A stretch of 64,000 nt of DNA from an uncultured delta proteobacterium. GTDB lineage: Bacteria; Desulfobacterota; Binatia; UBA9968. The notes beneath the pieces are model-generated. The model was not told the origin of the DNA. It saw only the letters and a program-made list of their open reading frames with translations, and did not search any database. Position 1 is the stretch's first letter; every line of letters starts with the position of its first letter. Below, one piece after another: positions 39,841 through 48,927 of this stretch. Made by a program: the position numbers and the translations under genes. The stretch spans positions 64,001 through 128,000 of the forward strand of contig CAVUVW010000013.1 in assembly GCA_963745035.1 (NCBI GenBank), given 5' to 3'.

Positions 39841-42091
39841 TCAAACCAGACGGCCGTGTTTTACCAGCTCGGCCAGCTTCTCTCCCAGGCCGGTATTTCT
39901 TTTCTCCACCCGCAGGTTTCGGATCGCCATCGCCAGCGCCCTTTTGCTGCCGACCAAAACCACGAGCTTTTTGCCGCGCGTGACCGCCGTGTAGAGAATG
40001 CTGCGGTGCAGCAGCAAATAATGCGAAGTATGGAGCGGAATCACCACCGCCGGATACTCGCTACCCTGGCTTTTGTGCACTGACGTGGCGTAGGCCAGGC
40101 CGATCTCGTCGAGCTCATCGGAGTCGTAGGCCACCAGCTTGTCGAAAAAGTCGACCTTCACCCCGCCGTCCTCCCGGTCGATGGAGGCGATCCGGCCGAG
40201 GTCGCCGTTGAAAACTCCCTTGTCATAATTATTGCGCAGCTGCATGACCTTGTCGCCGGCGCGCAGCGCAAAGCCGCCGCGTTCGAGGATCTGGCCCGTC
40301 GGATTGAGCAGGCCCTGCAGCTCGCGGTTGAGATTGATCGTGCCCAGAAAGCCCGCGGTGCATCGGCGTCAGCACTTGGATCGTCTGCGCCACTTCGTGC
40401 GCGTCCAAGCTGCAAGGAACGCGGGATGCTTTCGCGCACGAGCTCCTTGACCGTGGCGAGAATCTCTTCTTCCGATTCGCGCGCGATAAAAACAGAAATC
40501 GCGCCTGTCGCGCGCCGTCGCCCCAGACCAGCGACTGACCTTCGAGAATGCGGTGCGCGTTGACGACGATCAGGCTCTCGCGGTCCTGGCGAAAGATGCG
40601 CCGCAGCACGACTTTGGGAACCGCGCCGGAATCGATCAGATCGCGGAGCACGCTGCCCGGCCCCACCGACGGCAACTGATCGACGTCGCCGACGAGAATC
40701 AGATGGCTATGCGGATCGACCGCGCGCAGCAGATGATCCATCAGGGCGAGATCCACCATCGACGCTTCATCGACGATGACGAAGTCCGCTTCCAGAGGAT
40801 TATCCTCGGTGCGCTGAAAGCCGCCTTCGCGCGGATTGAATTCGAGCAGACGATGAATCGTCATCGCTTCTTCGCCGGCGCTTTCGGCCATGCGCTTGGC
40901 GGCGCGCCCGGTCGGCGCCGCCAGGACAAAGCTGACTTCGGCGCGGCGCAAGATCGTCAAAAGCGCGGTCAACAACGTGGTCTTGCCCGTTCCCGGGCCG
41001 CCGGTGATGACCAGTACTTTTTCACGCAGCGCTTGCTCGGTGGCGCGCGCTTGATCCGCGTCCAAGCGTCACCGCCGAAGGCGCGAACAATTCCGGGCTG
41101 ATCAAATCGATGGCGCCGCGCGCCGCGCCCGTCGAGCGATCCCAGGGGCTCGGGATTTTTTCGCGTTGGATCGTCGACGGCGTCGCCAACAAGGCGCCGA
41201 ATGCCGCCGCCACGCGCCGCTCGGCGTGATAGAGCTCTTCAAGATAAACCTGGGTGGCGCCGCCCTCGGCTTCATGAAGAACCAAGTCGCCCCTGGCGGC
41301 CAGTTTCGAATACCGCCGCTTCGACCGGATCTTCGTCGATGTTGAGCAGCGCGGCGGCATTGCGCTTGAGCGACGCGAGCTCGGCAAAACAGTGGCCGCG
41401 CTCGGCCATTTCGCGCAAATGTGCAGCACGCCGGCTTGCACGCGCAGCGGAAAATCACCGCGGATGCCGATCTGATCGGCGAGCCGGTCGGCCAGCAGAA
41501 AGCCGATGCCGTGCACCTGCCGCGCCAGCGCGTAGGGATTCTCGCGCACTTGATCGATCGGTCGCGGCGCCGAAGACCCGGTAGATTCTCAGCGCCAAGG
41601 AAGCGCCGACGCCGTGGCCCTGCAGAAACACCATGACGTCCTGCATGCCGCGCTGGGCTTGCCAGGCTTGCATGATGCGCCGCGCGCGGGCTTCGCCGAT
41701 GCCGTCGACGTCGAGAATCCGCAGAGGCTGTTCGGACAACACGCGGAGCGTGTCGAGACCGAAAGCCGCCACCAATCGTTTCGCGTAAGTCGGGCCGATG
41801 CCTTTGATCATGCCGGAGCCGAGATACTTTTCGATGCCTTCGAGGGTCGCCGGATCGATCTTCTCCCATTGATGCACCTGGAACTGCAGGCCGTAGCGCG
41901 CATGGCGTTTCCACACGCCGGAGACTTTGAATTTCTTCGCCTTCCGCCACCGGAAAAATCGTCCCGACAACGGTGACGCCCGGTCCGCCGTCTTCATCGA
42001 GACGCGCGACGGTATAATGCGTTTCCGGGTGCTGGTAGGTGATCCGGCTGATCGTGCCTTGGAGCGAGGCGTATCGTTCGTTTTCGGCCAT
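39841..42091 (-). CDS. recD2: RecD2 (RecD/TraA-family) helicase; multiple frameshifts
   Basis: YLGSGMIKGIGP, ENPYAL, TGGPGTGKT, VDEASM, VFNGD and SVHKSQGSE across five ORF fragments. Confidence 0.92.
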
Positions 42092-42307
42092 GCGGCAAAT
42101 CTCCGGCGGTCATCCTACTGCAAACCGCGCAAAGCGTAAACGAGGCAGCTTGCCTTTTGCCGGGCGGGCGATACAATTCGGGCAAATCGTCAAATTTCAC
42201 CGTTCGCTCTCGATTATTGGCCGTCCCCGCCCCTCATCTCTTGGTCCGCAGCACACCGCCCTGTTTTTGCCGGTCCTTTGACCTGTGAAATCCCAGGAGA
42301 CGAAATC

Positions 42308-43639
42308 ATGACTCTGGAAAATTTTTGGCTTGAGGCGTTTCTGATCATCGCGTTGATCTTCGCCAACGGCTTTTTCGCCGCGTCGGAAATCGCCGTGATC
42401 GCGATGCGCAAGAGCCGCATCGACGCGCTGGTGGAAAAGGGCGTCCAATCCGCCGCCGTGGTCGCGCGGCTCAAAAACGACCCCGATCGTTTTCTCGCCA
42501 CAGTGCAAATCGGTGTAACCCTGGTCGGTACCCTGGCTTCCGCCATCGGCGGCGCCGCGGCCATCGATCATCTCAAACCGCAGATTGCCGCGCTGCCCTT
42601 TCCTCTGGCCGCGCGCTGGGCCGAAGCAATCGCGCTGTTGATCGTGGTCGTGCCGATCGCCTATCTGTCGCTGGTGCTCGGCGAGCTCGTGCCCAAGTCC
42701 CTGGCGCTGAAATACTCCGAACAGATCGCCTGCCTGGTCGCCCGGCCCATCGACTTGCTGGCCCGCGCGACGGCCGTTTTCGTGAAGACGCTCACCGCTT
42801 CGAGCAACAGCGTGCTCCGGATTTTCGGCGGCAAAGACGTCGAAAGCGCAAGCTTTATTTCCGTGGAGGAAGTCAAGTCGTTGATCCGTGAGGGCGCCGC
42901 CAAGGGGATTTTCAACGAAACCGAACAAGAGCTGATCCACAGTGTTTTTGAGTTTGCCGACACGCCGGTCAAGGCGGTCATGGTCCCGCGCACCGAGATC
43001 CACGCCATCGAAGCCCACGTCTCCCTCAGCGAAGCGGCCAAAAGCTTCATCGAAAGCGGCTTCTCGCGCATCCCGGTTTACGAGGGCGAGCTCGATAAGA
43101 TCATCGGCATTCTTTACAACAAGGATGTTTTCAAGGCCTTGGTCGAAAACAGCGACTTTCGGATTCGCGACCATCTGCATCCGTCGTTCTTCGTGCCGAG
43201 CACCCTGCCGATCAGCGAGCTGCTGAAACAGTTGCAGCGCCGCCGATTGGCGATGGCTTTGGTGGTCAATGAATTTGGCGAAGTCGAGGGGCTCGCCACC
43301 CTGGAAGACTTGGTCGAGGAGATCGTCGGCGAGATCCGCGACGAGTACGACCGTGAAGAGCGCGGCCCGGTGGAGCGCCTTCCCGACGGTTCCATGGTGA
43401 TTCAAGGCTCGGCGTTGCTCAAAGACCTAAAGGCCGACTTCACGCTGCCGTTCGAGGAATCGCCGGATTTCCACACCCTGGCGGGCTTCATGCTCGCCAG
43501 GCTGAGACGCATCCCGCGCGCCGGCGAATGGGTCGAAGACAACGGCTACAAACTGACCATCGTCGATATGGAAGGAAGGCGCATCGTGAAAATCAAAGTC
43601 GAGCGGGTGAACTCGGTCAAACAGAGCGAAGCGCGCTAG
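42308..43639 (+). CDS. Hemolysin-family/CNNM (DUF21-CBS-CorC) membrane protein
   Basis: NGFFAASEIA, GELVPKSLA, MVPR, SRIPVY and EDLVEEIVGEI. Confidence 0.93.
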   Translation: MTLENFWLEAFLIIALIFANGFFAASEIAVIAMRKSRIDALVEKGVQSAAVVARLKNDPDRFLATVQIGVTLVGTLASAIGGAAAIDHLKPQIAALPFPLAARWAEAIALLIVVVPIAYLSLVLGELVPKSLALKYSEQIACLVARPIDLLARATAVFVKTLTASSNSVLRIFGGKDVESASFISVEEVKSLIREGAAKGIFNETEQELIHSVFEFADTPVKAVMVPRTEIHAIEAHVSLSEAAKSFIESGFSRIPVYEGELDKIIGILYNKDVFKALVENSDFRIRDHLHPSFFVPSTLPISELLKQLQRRRLAMALVVNEFGEVEGLATLEDLVEEIVGEIRDEYDREERGPVERLPDGSMVIQGSALLKDLKADFTLPFEESPDFHTLAGFMLARLRRIPRAGEWVEDNGYKLTIVDMEGRRIVKIKVERVNSVKQSEAR

Positions 43640-43651
43640 CGCGGATGGAAC

Positions 43652-43730
43652 GGAGTGATGGAATAGCGGGGTAGAAAATATTCGTTGTTGTTCTGCCCAA
43701 CACTCCAGTACTCCAATAATCCATCACTCC
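43652..43730. repeat. Palindromic element with 8-nt tandem-unit arms
   Basis: Left arm ggagtgat ggaatagc ggggtaga; right arm ccaacact ccagtact ccaataat ccatcact cc. Confidence 0.75.
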
Positions 43731-43736
43731 ATTTCC

Positions 43737-44150
43737 TCAGTACGCTCGTATCTCGACTTCGTTGCCGTCGGGATCGAGAAAATACACCGAAGTCGCCCGG
43801 CCGCGCGCGCCCCAGCGCGAAATCGGTCCTTCCCGGATCGCGATTTGGCGGGCGGCAAGATAATCCGTGATGCCGGCGAAATCCGCCGCCCCGACGACCA
43901 TGCAGAAATGGTTGAGGTTGCCGCTGTTCTTTGCGCCGCCGTCTGGAACGCTTGCCTGCTTGGTCGGAAACAGATCGATAATCGTTCCCTCGCTGATGCG
44001 CACCGACGGAAAGCCGACTTTGCCGGCGCGAAATTCTTCGATCCGTTCGCCGCGCAGGCCGAGAACGCCGGTGTAAAACGCCAGCGAGCGCTCGATGTCG
44101 GCGACGTTGAGCACGATATGATCCAGCTCCGTGATTTTGATTCCCGTCAT
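43737..44150 (-). CDS. VOC/glyoxalase-family protein
   Basis: LDHIVLNV, FYTGVLG, NHFC and YFLDPDGNEVE. Confidence 0.88.
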   Translation of the reverse strand: MTGIKITELDHIVLNVADIERSLAFYTGVLGLRGERIEEFRAGKVGFPSVRISEGTIIDLFPTKQASVPDGGAKNSGNLNHFCMVVGAADFAGITDYLAARQIAIREGPISRWGARGRATSVYFLDPDGNEVEIRAY

Positions 44151-44176
44151 GGCTCGACTCCTTTTCCGTTGAGCGC

Positions 44177-45232
44177 TCAAGCTCCGAGCGCGGCCATTTG
44201 GTCTATCAAAGTCTGAATTTCCTTGGGCGCGCCGACCGTGACGCGCAGACAATCCCGCAACTCGGGCGTGTCGAAATAACGCACCAGGATGCGGCGCCGC
44301 TTGAGCTCCTCGTAAACCGGTTTGAGGCTCGCGCCGTTTTTCCGCGCCAGGACAAAATTGGCGTGCGACGGGTACACCTCGTAGCCCATCCGCCGGAGCG
44401 CCGCAGAAAGCTTTTTCCGGCTCTTTTGAATCCGCCGCGCGTTGCGCGCCATCCACGGCAGGTCCTGTAACGCCGCGGTCGCCGCCGTCAGGCTCAAGCG
44501 ATTGAGATTGTAGGAATCCTTCACCTTCATCATGCCGGCGATGATCTCCGCCGGCGCGAACGCCAACCCGATGCGCAAGCCGGCCAGGGAAAACGACTTG
44601 GAAAAAGTTCTGAGCACGATCAGATTGTCGAGCCGGCGAATCAACGGGATCGCCGACGCTCCTTCGCTCTCGGCGAAATCGACGTAGGCTTCATCGACGA
44701 CGAGAATGCCGGACACCGAACGCGCCAGCCTTTCGACCTCGGCCAGCGACACGAGGGTGCCCGACGGCGCATTGGGATTGCAGAGAAACGTGAGCGCCGC
44801 ATTTTGCGCCGCCAAGCCGGCGGGCAAGGAAAAATCCGCCGGATAGTTTACTGCGGCGCGAACGCCGTTCTGGATTTCGATCAACGTGTCGTAAAGCGAG
44901 TAGGTCGGATGCGGCAAGGCAACCCGATCGCCCGCCTCGACAAAGCAGCGCAGCACGATCGAGAGCAGCTCATCGGAGCCGTTTCCCGCGATGATATTCG
45001 ACGGTTCGACGCCGTACACCACTGCGGCCGCCGCTCGGAGCGTGTCGCTTAGCGGCTCGGGGTAGAGCCTGAGCGAGGCATCGATCGCTTTTCTCAGCGC
45101 CGCGCCGACTCGGGGCGACGGCGGGTAGGGATTTTCATTGGTGTTAAGTTTGATAAATCCCGTTTCCTGGGGTTGTTCACCGGGAACATAGCCCGCCATC
45201 GCCGCGATATTGGCTCGGAACGGACCCGACAT
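44177..45232 (-). CDS. hisC: Histidinol-phosphate aminotransferase
   Basis: YVPGEQP, KLNTNENPY, GNGSDE, VDEAY and RTFSKSFSLAGLRIG. Confidence 0.95.
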   Translation of the reverse strand: MSGPFRANIAAMAGYVPGEQPQETGFIKLNTNENPYPPSPRVGAALRKAIDASLRLYPEPLSDTLRAAAAVVYGVEPSNIIAGNGSDELLSIVLRCFVEAGDRVALPHPTYSLYDTLIEIQNGVRAAVNYPADFSLPAGLAAQNAALTFLCNPNAPSGTLVSLAEVERLARSVSGILVVDEAYVDFAESEGASAIPLIRRLDNLIVLRTFSKSFSLAGLRIGLAFAPAEIIAGMMKVKDSYNLNRLSLTAATAALQDLPWMARNARRIQKSRKKLSAALRRMGYEVYPSHANFVLARKNGASLKPVYEELKRRRILVRYFDTPELRDCLRVTVGAPKEIQTLIDQMAALGA

Positions 45233-45368
45233 AGAGCGAAATAGTATCGGCAGCCGGAGATCATTTCAAACCCGCGCGGCGCGCTGGACGAGGCATGCGC
45301 GCGCTCGGGTTTTCAACCAAAACTTAGACAATGAAGCTTACTCAAGGAGCGCCGATCAGCGTCTTCAA

Positions 45369-45505
45369 GACAAAATTGTCCAGGAATCGCCCGGATTGTC
45401 CCGACTTCTTCAGCTCTCGGGGGCGGCTGATGAAAAGGCTTTTGTACGTTTCTAAATACTTGAATTAACGACACTCGCTGGTTGAATGATGGCATGTTTT
45501 TGGCT
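45369..45505 (+). promoter_or_regulatory. Putative sigma54 promoter with an IHF-like site and an upstream palindrome
   Basis: TGGCATGTTTTTGGCT (GG-N10-GC) at 45490-45505; IHF-like TTCAAGTATTTA on the minus strand at 45453-45464; near-palindrome GACAAAATTGTC at 45369-45380. Confidence 0.45.
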
Positions 45506-45556
45506 AAAGCCTGGAGCTTGGTCGCCGCGGAATAGCCCGCGCCCTTTCTTGAAAGT

Positions 45557-47146
45557 TTGATGGACTTGCCGACATTCCCGAGAAGCGATCCGCTCATCGT
45601 GCTGCTGAACGAGATCGAGAGCTTGCTGGCGCAAACGCGCTCCATGGAGCTTCACGTTCAACGAGCCCAGGCGCTGACCGGCGATAAGATCGCGCGGCTG
45701 CAGGAGGAATATCAACGAGACGTGGCGGGTTTGCGCGCGGCCCTAGCCGCGAGCGAGGAAGCTCTCGCCGCGCAAAAAAAAGCGCTCGCCGGTGAGCACG
45801 ATTTGCGCCAACGGATAGAATCGCTCGAAGAGCAGTTGCGCGCGGAGCGCGGCGCCGCCGAAAATACGCAAAAGGAACTGGAAGAAAGACGTGTCCTGGT
45901 TTCGTCCGGCGACGAACGGCTGCGCGCCGCACTGGATCGGGCGACGGCATTCGAGCAGCGGATGGCGGAGCTGGAAGCCGCCAATAACGAGCTTGCCGCC
46001 GAGGTCCGGCGGCGCGACGACGCGCGGCATTGGCACGAAGACGAGATCGAAGCGCTCCGGCATCAAGTCGCGGCTCAAGAGCGGACTTTGATCGGACGCC
46101 GGGAAGCCGTCACCGCCGTCGAGTTGGCGCTCCACGCCAAACTCCAAACGATCCATCAGGAGCTGGCGAACAGCCGGCGCGAAATCGAGGAGCGCGACCG
46201 CGCCATCGAGAGCATCGAGGACGCGCGTGAGGCGCTGCGGTGCGATTACGAAAAAGAAAGCGACGCGCGGCTGTCGGCTAAAGACCAAGATGAGGAACGG
46301 CTCGAGACGAAGATTGCCGAGCTGCAAATGCAATTGGCGGAAAAACAGCTGCTGGCCGAGTGCCGCGGCGCCGAGATTGCCGACTTGAAAGCCGCCGCCG
46401 ACCGGTTATCGGAGGAGAGCGCGCGACAACAGGCGAGCGCGGGCGAGGCGAACGCCGAGCAGATCGAAAATCTCGAAGAAAGCGGCGCGGCGCAACAGCG
46501 CGACGCCCGGACCGCATTCCATGGAATCCCACGCGAGGAGCACACTGCGATGAAAACTGAGGATCACGAAGCGCCAAAGAGCGCCGGCGAAGTCGCGGAG
46601 CAGGCCGCCCAAAGCGGTTCCGCGCCAGTGTTAAGCGACGAGATCGCTCGGCTGCGCCAGGAAGCCCAGGAGAGAAATCAGATTCTCCAGGACCGCAACG
46701 ACGAACTGGTCCGCGTCAAAGCCCAGCTCGATCAACTGCACGAGCGACTCGCGCAGCTCGAAGCTCCGCCGCCGTCTCGCGAGGAAAACTCCGTCGAGGC
46801 CGAAGCCGAGCGCATGCGCACCGAGTTTCAAGCTCAGCTTGCCCTGCTGCAGGCGGAGCTCAGTCAGAAGGAATGGGCGACGGAGGAACTCCAAGCCAAG
46901 GCGCGTGGGCTTGAGCAGAGCTTGCGCCAGGAAATCGACGCCTTGCGCCGCGCGCTGGGATCGAAGGAAACCAGCGAGCCGCGCGCGGCGCGCGAATTCG
47001 TTTTCGATGCGCCCCGGTCAAACCATCGTGAAGACGATGTCTTTGCGTTCGACGGCGGCGAAGGCGCGGTGCCTCCGCCGGGCTCGTTTGCGAGCCAGCG
47101 CCGGTGGCACACCGGCTTTGGCTGGAAGCGGCGGTGGCGATCCTAA
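45557..47146 (+). CDS. Long coiled-coil protein of unknown function
   Basis: 529-aa E/Q/R/A/L-rich heptad sequence with no TM helix or signal; ends RRWHTGFGWKRRWRS. Confidence 0.8.
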   Translation: MMDLPTFPRSDPLIVLLNEIESLLAQTRSMELHVQRAQALTGDKIARLQEEYQRDVAGLRAALAASEEALAAQKKALAGEHDLRQRIESLEEQLRAERGAAENTQKELEERRVLVSSGDERLRAALDRATAFEQRMAELEAANNELAAEVRRRDDARHWHEDEIEALRHQVAAQERTLIGRREAVTAVELALHAKLQTIHQELANSRREIEERDRAIESIEDAREALRCDYEKESDARLSAKDQDEERLETKIAELQMQLAEKQLLAECRGAEIADLKAAADRLSEESARQQASAGEANAEQIENLEESGAAQQRDARTAFHGIPREEHTAMKTEDHEAPKSAGEVAEQAAQSGSAPVLSDEIARLRQEAQERNQILQDRNDELVRVKAQLDQLHERLAQLEAPPPSREENSVEAEAERMRTEFQAQLALLQAELSQKEWATEELQAKARGLEQSLRQEIDALRRALGSKETSEPRAAREFVFDAPRSNHREDDVFAFDGGEGAVPPPGSFASQRRWHTGFGWKRRWRS

Positions 47147-47254
47147 AGAATTTTTGAGCGGACAAGGCACCGGTTCGGGCGAAAGCTTCGAAGCGCACGG
47201 CCGTTGATTCAGCAAACTGGAGAGCGCGCCGGAGTGGCGCGCGGAAGGATGATC

Positions 47255-47975
47255 ATGTTGCAAACCGAACGGGTGCCGACGGGAATCGTGGGGCTTGACC
47301 GGTTCATCGAAGGCGGGCTGCCGAAAGGTCGTTCGATTCTGGTCACTGGAGAACCGGGAACCGGCAAGACGATATTTGCCTTGCAGTTTCTCGTCGAGGG
47401 GCTCAAGCACGGCGAAAAAGGCATCTACGTGAGCGCCGACGAAAGCCCCATGGACGTGCTCGAGCAAGCCGCCTCTCTGGGCTGGGATCTTGAGCCGCGC
47501 GTCGAGAACAAGGAAATGGCGATCTTGAACGCTGGAACGTATTTGAGCTCCGGTAAAGAGCGGCAGATCGACGTGCAAAAAGCCGTCGGCGATCTCGCTT
47601 CATTCGTCAACCAGATCGGCGCCAAGCGTATGGTGCTCGATCCGGCGGGCCCGTTCGTGCTCCTGCGCGATACCAATGCCCGCATTCAGGATCAGACCCG
47701 CTTATTGATCAAACTATTGCGCTCCTCAACACAGACCACCAACATTTTGACTTCCTACGCGGTGCCGCGCACCGGCGAACGCAGCATGCACGGCATCGAG
47801 GAGTATCTTGTCGCCGGCGCCATCGTCTTGGAGATGATCTGGAAGGATGGAGGCCTTGCGCGCAGTTTGATCGTCGAAAAAATGCGTTGTACCGCCGTCA
47901 AGCCGATGCAACTCGAATTCGATATCGCCAAGAGACAAGGAATCGTCATCCAGCCGCCGGCCGGAGTCGCTTTAA
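47255..47975 (+). CDS. KaiC/RAD55-like RecA-superfamily ATPase, first domain or gene (3' end obscured by an indel)
   Basis: RVPTGIVGLD...GGLP, Walker A GEPGTGKT, QFL..G and VEKMR. Confidence 0.85.
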
Positions 47976-47981
47976 ATCGCA

Positions 47982-48776
47982 ATGGACCTCGCGCGCATTT
48001 CCACCGGCATTGCCGGGCTCGACAGTTTGCTCGGCGGCGGTTTTATAAAGGGCCGCAGTTATCTCTTGACCGGCGATACCGGTACCGGCAAGACCATCGC
48101 TTGCTTGCAGTTTTTGGTAAGCGGCCTCGCCAAAGGCGAAAAAGCGGTGTACGTCACGGTCGACGAGCGCCCGTGCCGAGATTCTCGGAGTCGGCGGCGT
48201 CTTTTTCTTGGGACCTTCAGCCGCATATTCAAGGCAAGAGTTTGGTGATTCTGGACGCCGCGAGCAGCAGCGCGGCCGAGAAAGGCATCGATCCGCAGAA
48301 GATGGTCGCCGACCTGGGCAATTACGCGAAAAGCTTGGGCGCCACCATCCTGATCGTCGATCCGATTACGCCGCTCCTCCTACCCGACCAACCCAGCAAC
48401 CCCGGTTCAAGTCCACGCCCGCGCGCTCATTCAGTTCATTCAGACCCAACTCAACATGACCACGCTGTTCACCAGCCACGCCACGTCGAGCCAGGGACCG
48501 ACGCAGTTCATATCGAGCAATTTCTCGCATCCGGCGTGTTGGTTTTAAAGACCAGCGAATCGGACGGCCATTGCGAGCGGACAGTCCATATCAAGAAGAT
48601 GCGCTACACTCCGGCTGACTCCCGGCGAGTACCCGTTCGCGATGGTCAACAATCAAGGCATCGTGCTGCTGGAAAGTTCTTCGAATGGCGCTTCCGGCGC
48701 TTCACCGGTTGAGCCGCCGCGCCCGGCGGAATCGCAGTTCTTTCAGTCCTTCAAACTCGAAGACAAAGAGTCCTGA
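47982..48776 (+). CDS. KaiC/RAD55-like ATPase, second domain or gene; frameshifted
   Basis: RISTGIAGLD...GG, GDTGTGKT and IKKMR; C-terminus ...QGIVLL...FKLEDKES stops at 48774-48776. Confidence 0.82.
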
Positions 48777-48872
48777 CCGAAACCGCCGTTTCTCCCTAAC
48801 CTCGATTGAGCAGCGGCTCTTGCGCCGCTCGCGCCGGCTAATTTCCCGGCGATTTCGTGCCTTTTCATTTTC

Positions 48873-48901
48873 TTGACAGCTCGAGAAACGATGCTTAGCT
48901 T
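48873..48901 (+). promoter_or_regulatory. Sigma70-type promoter upstream of clpB
   Basis: TTGACA-N17-TAGCTT. Confidence 0.5.
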
Positions 48902-48927
48902 TCTGGCAGCACGGTGAAAACAGTAAA

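Noticed and set aside
42197-43405. Long antisense ORFs (for example 42197..43405, 49379..50395, 36103..36936)
   Set aside because: Shadows of well-supported genes on the opposite strand, as expected with high-GC codon bias
45557-47146. SMC/SbcC ATPase or phage tape-measure protein
   Set aside because: No Walker motifs, hinge or phage context; only a coiled coil
47255-48776. Circadian kaiABC clock
   Set aside because: No kaiA or kaiB in the window, and no Ser/Thr at the CII phosphosite position
48895-48925. CIRCE (HrcA) operator upstream of clpB
   Set aside because: TTAGCTTTC resembles only the left half; there is no GAGTGCTAA right half at 9-nt spacing
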